From contig NIVC01002211.1 of the NCBI GenBank assembly GCA_002269645.1, positions 124,001 to 188,000 of the forward strand: a stretch of 64,000 bases of DNA, in the 5' to 3' direction. Positions 21,701 to 33,300 of this stretch are shown piece by piece. The notes below the pieces were generated by a model. That model was not told the DNA's origin. It saw only the letters and a program-made list of their open reading frames with translations, and ran no database searches. Origin of the DNA: Macrostomum lignano (lineage: Eukaryota). The position numbers were made by a program, and so were the translations under genes. Numbering within the stretch: the stretch's first letter is position 1; each line of letters starts with the position of its first letter.

Positions 21701-24639
21701 ACTAGCATACGCGGCGCCGAGCCGAGACTGCGGTCCTGGGCCAGCACGCCTTTGTAGCCGCGGTAGCGGATCTGGGCGGCGGTTGACAACTTCGATGCTT
21801 AAATTACTTATAAATACCAAATATAGACGGAGTGGGGTGGCTGCAGATAAGGCAGGGAGTGGGGTGGCTGCAGATAAGGCAGGGAGTGGGGTGGCTGCAG
21901 ATAAGGCAGGGAGTGGGGTAGCTGCAGATAAGGCAGGGAGTGGGGTGGCTGCATATAAGGCAGGGAGTGGGGTGGCTGCAGATAAGACAGGGAGTGGGGT
22001 GGTTGCAGATAAAACACGGAGTGGGGTGGCTGCAGATAAGGCAGGGAGTGGGGTGGCTGCAGATAAGGCAGGGAGTGGGGTGGCTGCAGATAAGGCAGGG
22101 AGTGGGGTAGCTGCAGATAAGACAGGGAGTGAGGTGGTTGCAGATAAAACACGGAGTGGGGTGGCTGCATGGAAGGCAGGGAGTGGGGTGGCTGCATATA
22201 AGGCAGGGAGTGGGGTGGTTGCAGATAAAACACGGAGTGGGGTGGCTGCAGGTAAGGCAGAGTTAAGGTTAAATTTGCATTCAGATAGCCGTCCCCTAAC
22301 CTGATAGACGGACGGTAGGGCAGCTTGGCGTGCAGCGGGTCCGTCGCCGTCTGCGCACCCCATGGACGCCAGGAACTCCTCGTCCGTGTCGTCGCCTTCG
22401 CCGAACACACCGGCGCAGATTTGACGAGCCAGCTCTGGACTGACGCTGCCGCAGCCGTCGGTGAAACAACTGCGAGCGTTTTGAATGTCAGCAGCTTCGA
22501 TCAGCCAGTCAGACGGAACCGTCACGTGACTGGGGCGGACAGAGCTGAATAGCAGGCCGATTCTGGCCTGGCGCTTGGGCACGCTTGGGATCGCCTGAGA
22601 ATCACGCGGACGGATTTCAATTCATTTTAAGCATGCTATTTGCAACAGAATTTGCAACTAGATAGTGACTCATTCCGTAAACTAATATGTGACTAGTTCC
22701 GTGAACTGATCAGTGACTCATTTCGTAAGCTAGACAGTGACCCATTCCGTAAGCTAGGCAGTGACTCATTCCGTAAGCTAGACAGTGACCCATTCCGTAA
22801 GCTAGACAGTGACCCATTCCGTAAGCTAGGCAGTGACTCATTCCGTAAGCTAGACAGTGACTCATTCCGTAAGCTAGACAGTGACTCATCAACGAATACA
22901 AGAGAAACTCACTAGAAAGGGATTTACTTAAAATGGGCAAAAATCTCACCTGAAACTCCCCGTGCGAGGCCAACACAGCCTCCGCATCGGAGGCGCCGCC
23001 CTGCCACAGGTAGCACTTGCGCTGCTTCAATCCGCCAGAGCTGCAGCCCAGATATGAGAATTGCTGCCCAGCAACTAGCAGCGAGTTTCCCTCTAGTAGA
23101 AAATGCTCCACAGTCGAGCTGGGCACCCGCTGTTCGAACTGCAACAACAGAAGCCGATCGGGACCTTCAACATCTATCAATCGGTTCTCTACCAACTCCC
23201 AGGACTGTTTGGCGAAGTGCTCCGACACAGTCAGCACCCGGATTCGGTGCCCGCGCTGTCGCCGACTGCTCGACTGATTGTGGAGAAGCGACAACGGTAC
23301 TTTGTTGCCGCAGTCCTGAGCTGACGGAGGCGGATCCACGTAGAAGGCCAGATGATGCAGAATCGACTGCTTGACAGCTGGCTTCTTCTTTTTGGCGCCC
23401 AGCTCGGCGTAGTGCTTCAGCGAGGCCGTTGCTAGGGGAAACTCGCCTTCGATTGCGCTGTTCAGGGATCTTTGGCGGATGAAGGGGATGGGGGTAAATT
23501 GAATAGTTTGATTGACAGCCCTGTCTGATGGACAGTAGTAATTTTCGGCCAGTTATGTACTTTTAATTTTACTCTCTTCTTTCGCTCTGATTACTCACAT
23601 TCCACAGGTACTTCCCATTATTTTTTTCTCATTTCTTATCTATTGCGATTTCCTAATCTTTGCGTCTCATTACTCACGATTCCCTGATTCTCACATCTCA
23701 TCATTCACGATTCCCAAATCATGTATCACCATTCACGATTACCTGATCCTCACGTCTCATCATTCACGATTCCCAAATCATGTATCACCATTCACGATTA
23801 CCTGATCCTCACGTCTCATCATTCACGATTCCCAAATCATGTATCACCATTCACGATTACCTGATCCTCACGTCTCATCATTCACGATTCCCAAATCATG
23901 TATCACCATTCACGATTACCTGATCCTCACGTCTCATCATTCACGATTCCCAAATCATGTATCACCATTCACGATTACCTGATCCTCACGTCTCATCATT
24001 CACGATTCCCAAATCATGTATCACCATTCACGATTACTTGATCCTCACGTCTCATCATTCACGATTCCCAAATCCTCACTTATCGTCATTCACATTTTTA
24101 ATGCTTCGGAGGGTCTCTAGAGCCTAGTTTGTTACAGATAGAAAGTTAAGCAAAGCCGGCTGTGGTTAGTACTTCACGCAGAGCTGCACTCACTTCGCCG
24201 CGGCAGCCAGGCCATCCTCAGTGGAAGCGTCAACAACCAGCCCCATGAGTGGCACCAACAGGTGGTCGCACAGTTCAACGAATTCTTTCACATATTCCTC
24301 GTCAACCGCGGCGTTGAAGTCAACAACTGGACGGCGAATTAGCACGACAAGGGAGCTGCGGTAGAGGGCGACGCTCTCGCCCAGCTGTCCGTCGACAATG
24401 TCGACGTCCGTTCGGCCATGCTCGAGCAGCAAGTCTAGCGCCGAATTGGCGCTGGCAAAATCTGGCGCCATCGACTCCTCTTGGCGCCGAATTTCGGCCA
24501 GAGACGAATCGAAATTTTCGCATCGAGTTCGTCGAATCGTTCGCCGGCGACATCTGCGCAGAGCGTCGGAGTGGCGACACGCGGCCAGCAGACGGTCCTG
24601 AAGCTCTTCAAGGCTGCGACCGCAGAGAATCAGGCGCAT
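10229..24639 (-). CDS. Eukaryotic RNA-dependent RNA polymerase fused to a UPF1-like SF1B helicase and an RGG/Trp repeat tail, 11 exons, ~2144 aa
   Basis: Exons (minus): 24639-24194, 23469-22950, 22594-22301, 21771-21585, 21298-21108, 20336-19919, 19524-18955, 17145-16872, 15234-14772, 14156-12924, 12067-10229. All GT-AG, phases match, total 6435 nt with no internal stop. RdRP motifs reassemble across junctions: ARIGLLFS, FTDGCG, YQ|IRYRGYKG, LLS|GLGVP, TKSPC, SGSDLDGDQFFVCWD. Helicase motifs: GPPGTGKS, QHRM, TRAR. The 5' end is uncertain, and alternative splice sites a few nt away are possible at the 12924/12067 junction. Confidence 0.88.
10235..10830 (-). repeat. 36-bp coding minisatellite (12-aa RGG/W units)
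   Basis: In frame at the 3' end of the helicase exon. Confidence 0.9.
12105..12830. repeat. (GAT/AAT)n trinucleotide array with higher-order GAAGAGAATGGTGAG units, intronic
   Basis: Direct reading; source of the poly-His/Met/Ile ORFs. Confidence 0.95.
14200..14746. repeat. 21-bp minisatellite (TCTAGATCTACAAAATCACTG)n, intronic
   Basis: Tandem array. Confidence 0.95.
15285..16795. repeat. 20-bp minisatellite (CACTCTCAGATCCCTAATCT)n, intronic
   Basis: Tandem array. Confidence 0.95.
17165..18905. repeat. Two abutting 20-bp minisatellites: (ATGGCACTCAGATAGTAGGA)n, then (GGAGTGGCGCCAAGATGATA)n from ~18590
   Basis: Tandem arrays, intronic. Confidence 0.95.
19919..20336 (-). CDS. RdRP catalytic exon (DxDGD at 19958-19944)
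   Basis: Translates VVVTKSPCYLLGDVRVL...VDCIVFPVRGPRSHPSEISGSDLDGDQFFVCWD, the double-psi-barrel active-site signature of cellular (RNAi) RdRPs. Confidence 0.95.
20395..21075. repeat. 42-bp minisatellite, intronic
   Basis: 14-aa periodic shadow ORF MMNLSNHLRAGQCL. Confidence 0.93.
21365..21540. repeat. 21-bp minisatellite (CTACTTAATCTACCCGGTATT)n, intronic
   Basis: Tandem array. Confidence 0.9.
21820..22258. repeat. 27-bp minisatellite (GGAGTGGGGTGGCTGCAGATAAGGCAG)n, intronic
   Basis: Tandem array. Confidence 0.93.
22665..22888. repeat. 24-bp minisatellite (GTGACTCATTCCGTAAGCTAGACA)n, intronic
   Basis: Tandem array. Confidence 0.9.
23690..24075. repeat. 59-bp minisatellite, intronic
   Basis: CATTCACGATTCCCAAATC recurs every 59 nt. 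Confidence 0.9.
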
Positions 24640-24654
24640 GTGGGAGCTGCAAGA

Positions 24655-25250
24655 TGTGGGGATGTAGGGTTTTATGGATGTAGGGATGCAGGGTTTTATC
24701 GATGTAGGGATGTAGGGTTTTATGGGTGTAGGGATGAAGGGTTTTATGGATGTAGGGATGCAGGGTTTTATGGATGTATGGATGTACCATGTAGGGTTTT
24801 ATCGATGTAGGGATTTAGTGTTTTATGGATGTAGGGATGTAGGGTTTTATGGATGTAGGGATGTAGGGTTTATGGATGTAGGGATGTAGGGATGTTTTAT
24901 GGATGTAGGGATGTAGGGATGTTTTTATTGATGTAGGGATGTAGGGTTTATGAATGTAGGGATGTAGGGTTTTATGGATGTAGGGATGTTGGGTTTTTTG
25001 GATGTAGGGATGTAGGGTTTATGGATGTAGGGATGTAGGGTTTTATGGATGTAGGGATGTTGGGTTTTTTGGATGTAGGGATGTAGGGTTTATGGATGTA
25101 GGGATGTAGGGATGTAGTGATGTGGGGATGTAGGATTTTATGCATGTAAGGCAGTAGAAATTGTAGGGTCGTGTAGATGCAGGGATGTAGGTTTGTAAGG
25201 ATGCAGACACGTAAGGTAACGGATGCAGAGCTGTAGGGATGTAGGGCTGT
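24655..25250. repeat. G/T-rich minisatellite (GATGTAGGG / GTTTTATG units)
   Basis: Tandem degenerate array just 5' (minus sense) of the first RdRP exon. Confidence 0.88.
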
Positions 25251-25909
25251 TGACTAAACAATTATAAGCAAAAGCCCAATAATGTTTAGTTTAGCAGCTT
25301 AGATGACACTGATAAAGAAGCAGATAAATAAGTAACAGGTTAGACTACAATGGTTTTAATTAATCATTAAAAATGAATAATTTATCTGTTGCGATTGTGT
25401 TAGACATTATTGCTCAGTATATATTTCCACTCTCTAAATAGAATATCAATGTTTAAACAATTTGAAATTCAAACAAAAACAAACAAAAAACGAAGTCCAA
25501 CACCTAAAGACAAGAGTACCAGGGTAAATAAAACAAATAAAAGTTAGCAACAATATCTGGAAGTGCGGCGAATATTTTTATAACAGGCCGGAAAAAATCA
25601 GCCATTAGGGCAAGTGCGTTACTAAAAAATTGAGATAAAAAATGTTCTAGTCAGAGTATGGAATGTAATAACAATGCCTGGTATTAAGTATATAGCTGCT
25701 TTGTAAATAATACAACTATTGAGACACACTATACTAGCCCACCGTGACTGCTGCTAATGGAATGCTTTCGAATTTTTTTTTATTAAAAAATGAAATTTGC
25801 AAGCAAAACAATTACCTTAAAAAATCGATGAGATGGGAGGCAGAGGTGTATACACTGACAGGGCGGGTGATGTGAGATTCCTCTGTGGCTAACTAACTCT
25901 GATGGGTTA

Positions 25910-26495
25910 GGATGGGCTGTGGGGGATGGGATGGGGCTGTGGGGAGTGGGATGGGGCTTTGGGGGTGGGATGGGGCTGTGAGGGATGGGATGGGGTTGTG
26001 GGGAGTGGGATGGGGCTGTAGGAGGAGTGGGATGGGGCTTTGGGGGATGGGATGGGGCTGTGGGGGATGGGATGGGGCTGTGGGGAGTGGGATGGGGCTG
26101 TGAGGAAGTGGGATGGGGCTGTAGGAGGAGTGGGATGGGGCTTTGGGGGATGGGATGGGGCTGTAGGGGAGTGGGATGGGGCTTTGGGGGAGTGGAATGG
26201 GGCTTTGGGGAGTGAGAAGTGGGATGGGGCTTTAGGGGAGAGGGATGGGGCTGTAGGCGGAGTGGGATGGGGCTGTAGGCGGAGTGGGATGGGGCTGTAG
26301 GCGGAGTGGGATGGGGCTGTAGGGGGAGTGGGATGGGGCTTTAGGGAGGGGGATGGGGCTGTAGGGGGAGTGGGATGGGGCTGTAGGGGGAGTGGGATGG
26401 GGCTGTAGGGGAGTGGGATGGGGCTTTAGGGAGGGGGATGGGGCTGCAGGGGAGTGGGATGGGGATGTAGGGGCAGTGGGATGGGGCTGTGAGGT
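25910..26495. repeat. G-rich minisatellite (GGGATGGGGCTGT..GGAGT)n
   Basis: Tandem degenerate array. Confidence 0.88.
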
Positions 26496-27594
26496 AGGGA
26501 GGGGGCTTATTTGCAGAAAAATGCACAGACCGTGAGATTAATAACACCTGCATAATTATGAGTATAGAGGCGAACATTACACAACATTTCAGCATGCATT
26601 CAAGTTGCAAATCCGATAAAACGATATTAGAGAAAAATTATTTAAAAAAACAAAAGTTAAACTCAGAAACCAAAAAGAGTAAAATAAACTTTAAAGATTG
26701 TTAGACCGCAATATCCAATGTATCAACAGTGAATAAAATTCTCATCAAAGAAAGTAAACAGTTTACAACTGGAAGGCAACCTTAAGTATCAATTGTAAAA
26801 AATAGCTTATTTTATGATTTCACGAAACCGAAACTACTCATGCGATAGTAGTATGTTCAGCAGTTTAAGAGTTCAATTAATCAATAGCTCAATAACGGGG
26901 TTACTTTTGTCATAACCTGGGTCAGATTATTAAATTTGTATTAGAAAATTCATCAAAAATTAACAAAAATTGATAATAAATAATAATATCAAAAAGAAGA
27001 GATTATAAACGTTATTTTCTGACAAGACGAAAGAAATTACATAGCAGAAAGATCGAAAAAGTACAAAGACCGGAATGACTATATCTGTTTCTAATTGACG
27101 GTTTTAAATTAGAAAAAAAGTTGTTTTTAAAAGTCCAAAAGTCCTTACTGTGCTACTAACAGTAAGGAAAAAGGAAAAAAAATCATTAAAAATTCGAAAT
27201 TCCATCAACAAGGCGAAACACAGGGCCAAATTCTCTGTTAATTTTTAAAAAAGGCGCGAAATATTTAGGAAAAACATTAAAACAAATTATGATGTGGCCA
27301 GATTGTGGGAGATTGCGGACTGTACGATCGAGAATGGTTAGAATGTTGTCTACAGCCAGCAAAAAAATTTGATCAGAGAGAGGAAAACTTCGACACCAGA
27401 CTAGAAGTGAAAGCAAAATGGGATTCTTTAATCTGCATTAAGAAAATATTTTCAAAATTAAAAATTGTGTCAGTTGTTAAACGGTACGAGAATTAGGATC
27501 TGGGAGTCTGAATTTATGTAATCGGATTTTCAGCAGCAAATCCAAATAATATATGGGAGATTTATCCAAGGAATATTTAGGAGATTTTATCCAT

Positions 27595-30347
27595 GGGATA
27601 TCCGGGAGATTGTCTATGGTTCCAAATCCATGTGATATCCGGGAGATTGTCTATGGTTCCAAATCCATGTGACATCCGGGAGATTGTCTATGGTTCCAAA
27701 TCCATGTGATATCCGGGAGATTGTCTAAGGTTCCAAATCCATGTGATATCCGGGAGATTGTCTATGGTTCCAAATCCATGTGACATCCGAGAGAGATTGT
27801 CTATGGTTCCAAATCCATGTGATATCCGGGAGATTGTCTATGGATCCAAATCCATGTGACATCCGAGAGAGATTGTCTATGGTTCCAAATCCATGTGATA
27901 TCCGGGAGATTGTCTATGGTTCCAAATCCATGTGATATCCGGGAGATTGTCTATGGTTCCAAATCCATGAGATATCCGGGAGATTGTCTATGGTTCCAAA
28001 TCCATGTGATATCCGGGAGATTGTCTATGGTTCCAAATCCATGGGATATCCGGGAGATTGTCTATGGTTCCAAATCCATGGGATATCCGGGAGATTGTCT
28101 ATGGTTCCAAATCCATGGGATATCCGGGAGATTGTCTATGGTTCCAAATCCATGTGATATCCGGGAGATTGTCTATGGTTCCAAATCCATGGGATATCTG
28201 GGAGATTGTCTAAGGTTCCAAATCCATGGGATATCCGGGAGATTGTCTAAGGTTCCAAATCCATGTGATATCCGGGAGATTGTCTATGGTTCCAAATCCA
28301 TGGGATATCCGGGAGATTGTCTAAGGTTCAAATCCATGTGATATCCGGGAGATTGTCTATGGTTCCAAATCCATGGGATATCCGGGAGATTGTCTATGGT
28401 TCCAAATCCATGGGATATCTGGGAGATTGTCTATGGTTCCAAATCCATGTGATATCCGGGAGATTGTCTATGGTTCCTAATCCATGGGATATCCGGGAGA
28501 TTGTCTATGGTTCCAAATCCATGGGGTATCCGGGAGATTGTCTAAGGTTTCAAATCCATCGGATATCTGGGAGATTGTCTATGGTTCCAAATCCATGGGA
28601 TATCCGGGAGATTGTCTAAGGTTCCAAATCCATGTGATATCCGGGAGATTGTCTAAGGTTCAAATCCATGTGATATCCGGGAGATTGTCTATGGTTCCAA
28701 ATCCATGGGATATCCGGGAGATTGTCTATGGTTCCAAATCCATGGGATTCCGGGAGATTGTCTATGGTTCCAAATCCATGGGATATCCGGGAGATTGTCT
28801 ATGGTTCCAAATCCATGTGACATCCGGGAGATTGTCTATGGTTCCAAATCCATGTGATATCCGGGAGATTGTCTATGGTTCCAAATCCATGTGATATCCG
28901 GGAGATTGTCTATGGTTCCAAATCCATGTGATATCCGGGAGATTGTCTATGGTTCCAAATCCATGTGACATCCGAGAGAGATTGTCTATGGTTCCAAATC
29001 CATGTGATATCCGGGAGATTGTCTATGGTTCCTAATCCATGGGATATCCGGGAGATTGTCTATGGTTCCAAATCCATGGGATATCTGGGAGATTGTCTAT
29101 GGTTCCAAATCCATGTGATATCCGGGAGATTGTCTATGGTTCCTAATCCATGGGATATCTGGGAGATTGTCTATGGTTCCAAATCCATGTGACATCCGAG
29201 AGAGATTGTCTATGGTTCCAAATCCATGGGATATCCGGGAGATTGTCTATGGTTCCAAATCCATGTGATATCCGGGAGATTGTCTAAGGTTCAAATCCAT
29301 GTGATATCCGGGAGATTGTCTATGGTTCCAAATCCATGGGATATCCGGGAGATTGTCTAAGGTTCCTAATCCATGTGATATCCGGGAGATTGTCTATGGT
29401 TCCAAATCCATGGGATATCCGGGAGATTGTCTAAGGTTTCAAATCCATGGGATATCTGGGAGATTGTCTATGGTTCCAAATCCATGGGTTATCCGGGAGA
29501 TTGTCTAAGGTTCCAAATCCATGTGATATCCGGGAGATTGTCTAAGGTTCAAATCCATGTGATATCCGGGAGATTGTCTATGGTTCCAAATCCATGGGAT
29601 ATCCGGGAGATTGTCTATGGTTCCAAATCCATGGGATTCCGGGAGATTGTCTATGGTTCCAAATCCATGGGATATCTGGGAGATTGTCTATGGTTCCAAA
29701 TCCATGTGATATCCGGGAGATTGTCTATGGTTCCAAATCCATGTGATATCCGGGAGATTGTCTATGGTTCCAAATCCATGGGATATCCGGGAGATTGTCT
29801 ATGGTTCCAAATCCATGTGATATCCGGGAGATTGTCTAAGGTTCAAATCCATGTGATATCCGGGAGATTGTCTATGGTTCCAAATCCATGGGATATCCGG
29901 GAGATTGTCTAAGGTTCCAAATCCATGTGATATCCGGGAGATTGTCTATGGTTCCAAATCCATGGGATATCCGGGAGATTGTCTAAGGTTCAAATCCATG
30001 TGATAACCGGGAGATTGTCTATGGTTCCAAATCCATGTGATATCCGGGAGATTGTCTATGGTTCCAAATCCATGTGACATCCGGGAGATTGTCTATGGTT
30101 CCAAATCCATGTGATATCCGGGAGATTGTCTATGGTTCCAAATCCATGTGATATCCGGGAGATTGTCTATGGTTCCAAATCCATGTGATATCCAGGAGAT
30201 TGTCTATGGTTCCAAATCCATGTGATATCCGGGAGATTGTCTATGGTTCCAAATCCATGTGATATCCGGGAGATTGTCTATGGTTCCAAATCCATGGGAT
30301 ATCCGGGAGATTGTCTAAGGTTCCAAATCCACGTGATATCCGGGAGA
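27595..30347. repeat. 37-bp minisatellite (GGGAGATTGTCTATGGTTCCAAATCCATGTGATATCC)n, ~74 copies
   Basis: Period 37 (e.g. 27604, 27641). Confidence 0.96.
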
Positions 30348-30371
30348 TCAACACCCTCACAACAGAGCCAG

Positions 30372-33300
30372 TCACAGCCGCAGCTTCTCCAAGTCAAACA
30401 GCAGGATAACATTGCGCCGCGGGTCGCAGGCGGCAGCCAGACTGTCGGTAACTTCGCACAGGTCGGCCAGCAGGCCAGACTGAGTCTTGAACAGACAGAC
30501 GGCCGCGTCGGCGGTAGCGGCGGCAGCTGTGCCGGCGGCGGACAAATCGAGCGACATCAGACAGCCAGCAGACGAGTCGTTCTCGGCCGATTTCGTGCAA
30601 ACCAACCGGTCGCCAATGGCAACCAGAGCCGGTTGGGCAGCCGACACCAGGCTAACAGACGAGCTGTTGTCGGATTTTGCCGAGGACTCCGATGCCAAGG
30701 GCAACAGGACTGGATTCTTGCCACCCGGATTGGTCACCTCCAGTACTAGAAATTCGTATCTATTCGATTTGCAGCGCAGGGTGGCAACTAGGATGCGAGG
30801 GCCCGGACACCAGGTGAGTCGAACCGGACAGCCCGGGTCAGTCTGGGGCAGGGTGGCCCGGACAGAGTCGTCCGAGCAGGAGAAGATGAACACGCCGATC
30901 CGGGGACAGCAGACAAAGATCAGCTCGCCGTCTGTGGCCGCGTCTTCTGGTCTGCGGGAAGCGGCGAGCTACTGACTACAGCTGCCAGATCTACTGACTA
31001 CAGCTGCCAGATCTACTGACTACAGCTGCCAGATCTACTGACTACAGCTGCCGGATCTACTGACTACAGCTGCCAGATCTACTGACTACAGCTGCCAGAT
31101 CTACTGACTACAGCTGCCAGATCTACTGACTACAGCTGCCAGATCTACTGACTACAGCTGCCGGATCTACTGACTACAGCTGCCAGATCTACTGACTGCA
31201 GCTAAGTTCTACTAACAGGCGCCAGATCTAACAACAGGGGCCAGATCTAACAACAGGGGCCAGATCTAACAACAGGCACCCGATTTAAAAACAGGCGCCA
31301 GATCTAACAACAGGCGCCAGATCTAACAACAGGCACCCGATTTAAAAACAGGCGCTAGATCTAAAAACAGGCACCAGATCTAACAACAGGCGCCAGATAT
31401 CTAACAACAGGTGCCAGATATCTAACAACAGGCACCAGAGCTAACAACAGGCGCTAGATCTAAAAACAGGCACCAGAGCTAACAACAGGCACCAGATCTA
31501 ACAACAGGCGCCAGAAATCTAACAACAGGCACCAGATCTAACAACAGGCGCCAGAAATCTAACAACAGGCGCCAGATCTAACAACAGGCGCCAGATCTAA
31601 CAACAGGCACCCGATTTAAAAACAGGCGCCAGATCTAACAACAGGCACCAGATCTAACAACAGGCGCCAGATCTAACAACAGGCGCCAGATCTAACAACA
31701 GGCACCAGATCTAACAACAGGCGCCAGATCTAACAACAGGCGCCAGATCTAACAACAGTCGGCGCAGACAAACCTGCTAAGCGAATACTTGGCCGACACG
31801 GCCGGGCCGATGCGGCGCTCCGCATAGCCGCTGGGCCACACGGTCAGCAGGCAGCCGTTACGGTTGTCAACTAACAGAAGCCACTCTCGCACCGCGCAGG
31901 CCACCAGCCGGTAAGGATCAATCTTTGGCCCAGTCTCGGCCGGTTCGCCTTTAAACTGCAACTGGTTCAAGAAATTGCCGCCCTGGTTGTACACGCGAAC
32001 GCATTTCACTGGCTGGGTCTCCACGGCGTAGAATTTTCCTAAGAGATGCGTCAGCGACACCGGCCGGCCCTCGGCTTTGAACGTCTGACAGCTGGAGTCA
32101 GTTTCCACTTTGCCGCGGCGCTTCTTTTTACGCGGACGCAGCCTCGATTCCATAGCGACGGCATCCGTCTCCCAGAACTCCAGCTCGTCTCGGTGCGGAG
32201 CCGACGCGACGGCTGCGGGATCGGCGTCTCTGAATTGTTGATCAAAATCGTCGACTAGCGAGGAGCCACCGACGCCGACACCGCCAGAAGTAGGCAGCAT
32301 TGGCGACGGCGTCGCTGACGACGGGGTCGTCGTTCCGACGGCTTCGGCGGAGTTCACGTCGGCCTCGAAGTCGAGGCCGAGACTGCCGAATCCGTCAGCG
32401 TCGGCCGCTTCAATAGCGTAGTCGACAGCGTCAATGAGGTCGTAGAGTCGAGATTGGGCCTCCTCCAGACAGCAGACGGGACCTTCGGGCCCGGCCAGCC
32501 GACCGGACAGGGGCGTCAGCAGGCGGACCAGCCTGACCAGCTCCTCCATGTCCTCCTCCTCTTCCACCGCCTCCGTCTTGTCCGCACCGTTGGTTCTGCC
32601 GCCGTCGGAATCGGCAGTGTCGTCGGTGTCGACGGCGCGCAGAGCCCGGCCGCACTCGTCCAGCAGGTCGTCGAGTTCGCCATGGCCGGCCAGGCGGTCA
32701 AGCACGCGCTGCCGACGGTCCTCCAAGGCGGCGGCCGCTTCGTCGAAAAAAGCAACAGCGGCGGCGCGTTCGCGATTTCGAGCTTCTCCGTTGGCGAGTT
32801 CGGCGAGGCGGCCGACAGCGGCGGCATGGAGGTCAAGCGCCTGCGATGGCGAGGCGAGGGAAGCGCGGAGTTAGACGACAAAAGCTTCAACTTTCCCAGT
32901 GCTAGCCAAAAGCCAAAATAAAAAGACAAACGCAGGAACGCAGATGTGCAACCGACAGCTCAGCTGCAGCCATTGCGCGGCGCATCTGAAGGCTGCGTAA
33001 CGGCTGTTCAGTCCAAGGACTGGGGGGGTCGCCAAACGCACCTTCAATTACCCCAGCTAATGCTGGCACCCATTTTACAGCTGGGTGGAATGAAGCAATG
33101 CAGAGTTAAAGTGTCTCTGAGTGGGTCGAGAATCGAACCCCCGACCTTTCAGTAGTGAGTCCGCCGCTCTAACCACTGGGCTAAAACCCCTACTGTAAAG
33201 CAGCACAATAAAAAAACGCAGTAAAAACGCTAAAGCGTTTACGGAGAATACAGAATAGCACATCTGAAGGTCGGGGAAAATTACTCGTAGATTTTAAAGA

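Noticed and set aside
18955-23469. Viral or endogenised viral RdRP
   Set aside because: The motif is the cellular DxDGD double-psi-barrel type, not the viral palm GDD, and the gene has ten spliceosomal introns.
33120-33192. Possible tRNA genes at 33120-33192, 33760-33830 and 48750-48830
   Set aside because: A and B boxes are present, but acceptor and anticodon stems do not pair and each continues into a SINE body.
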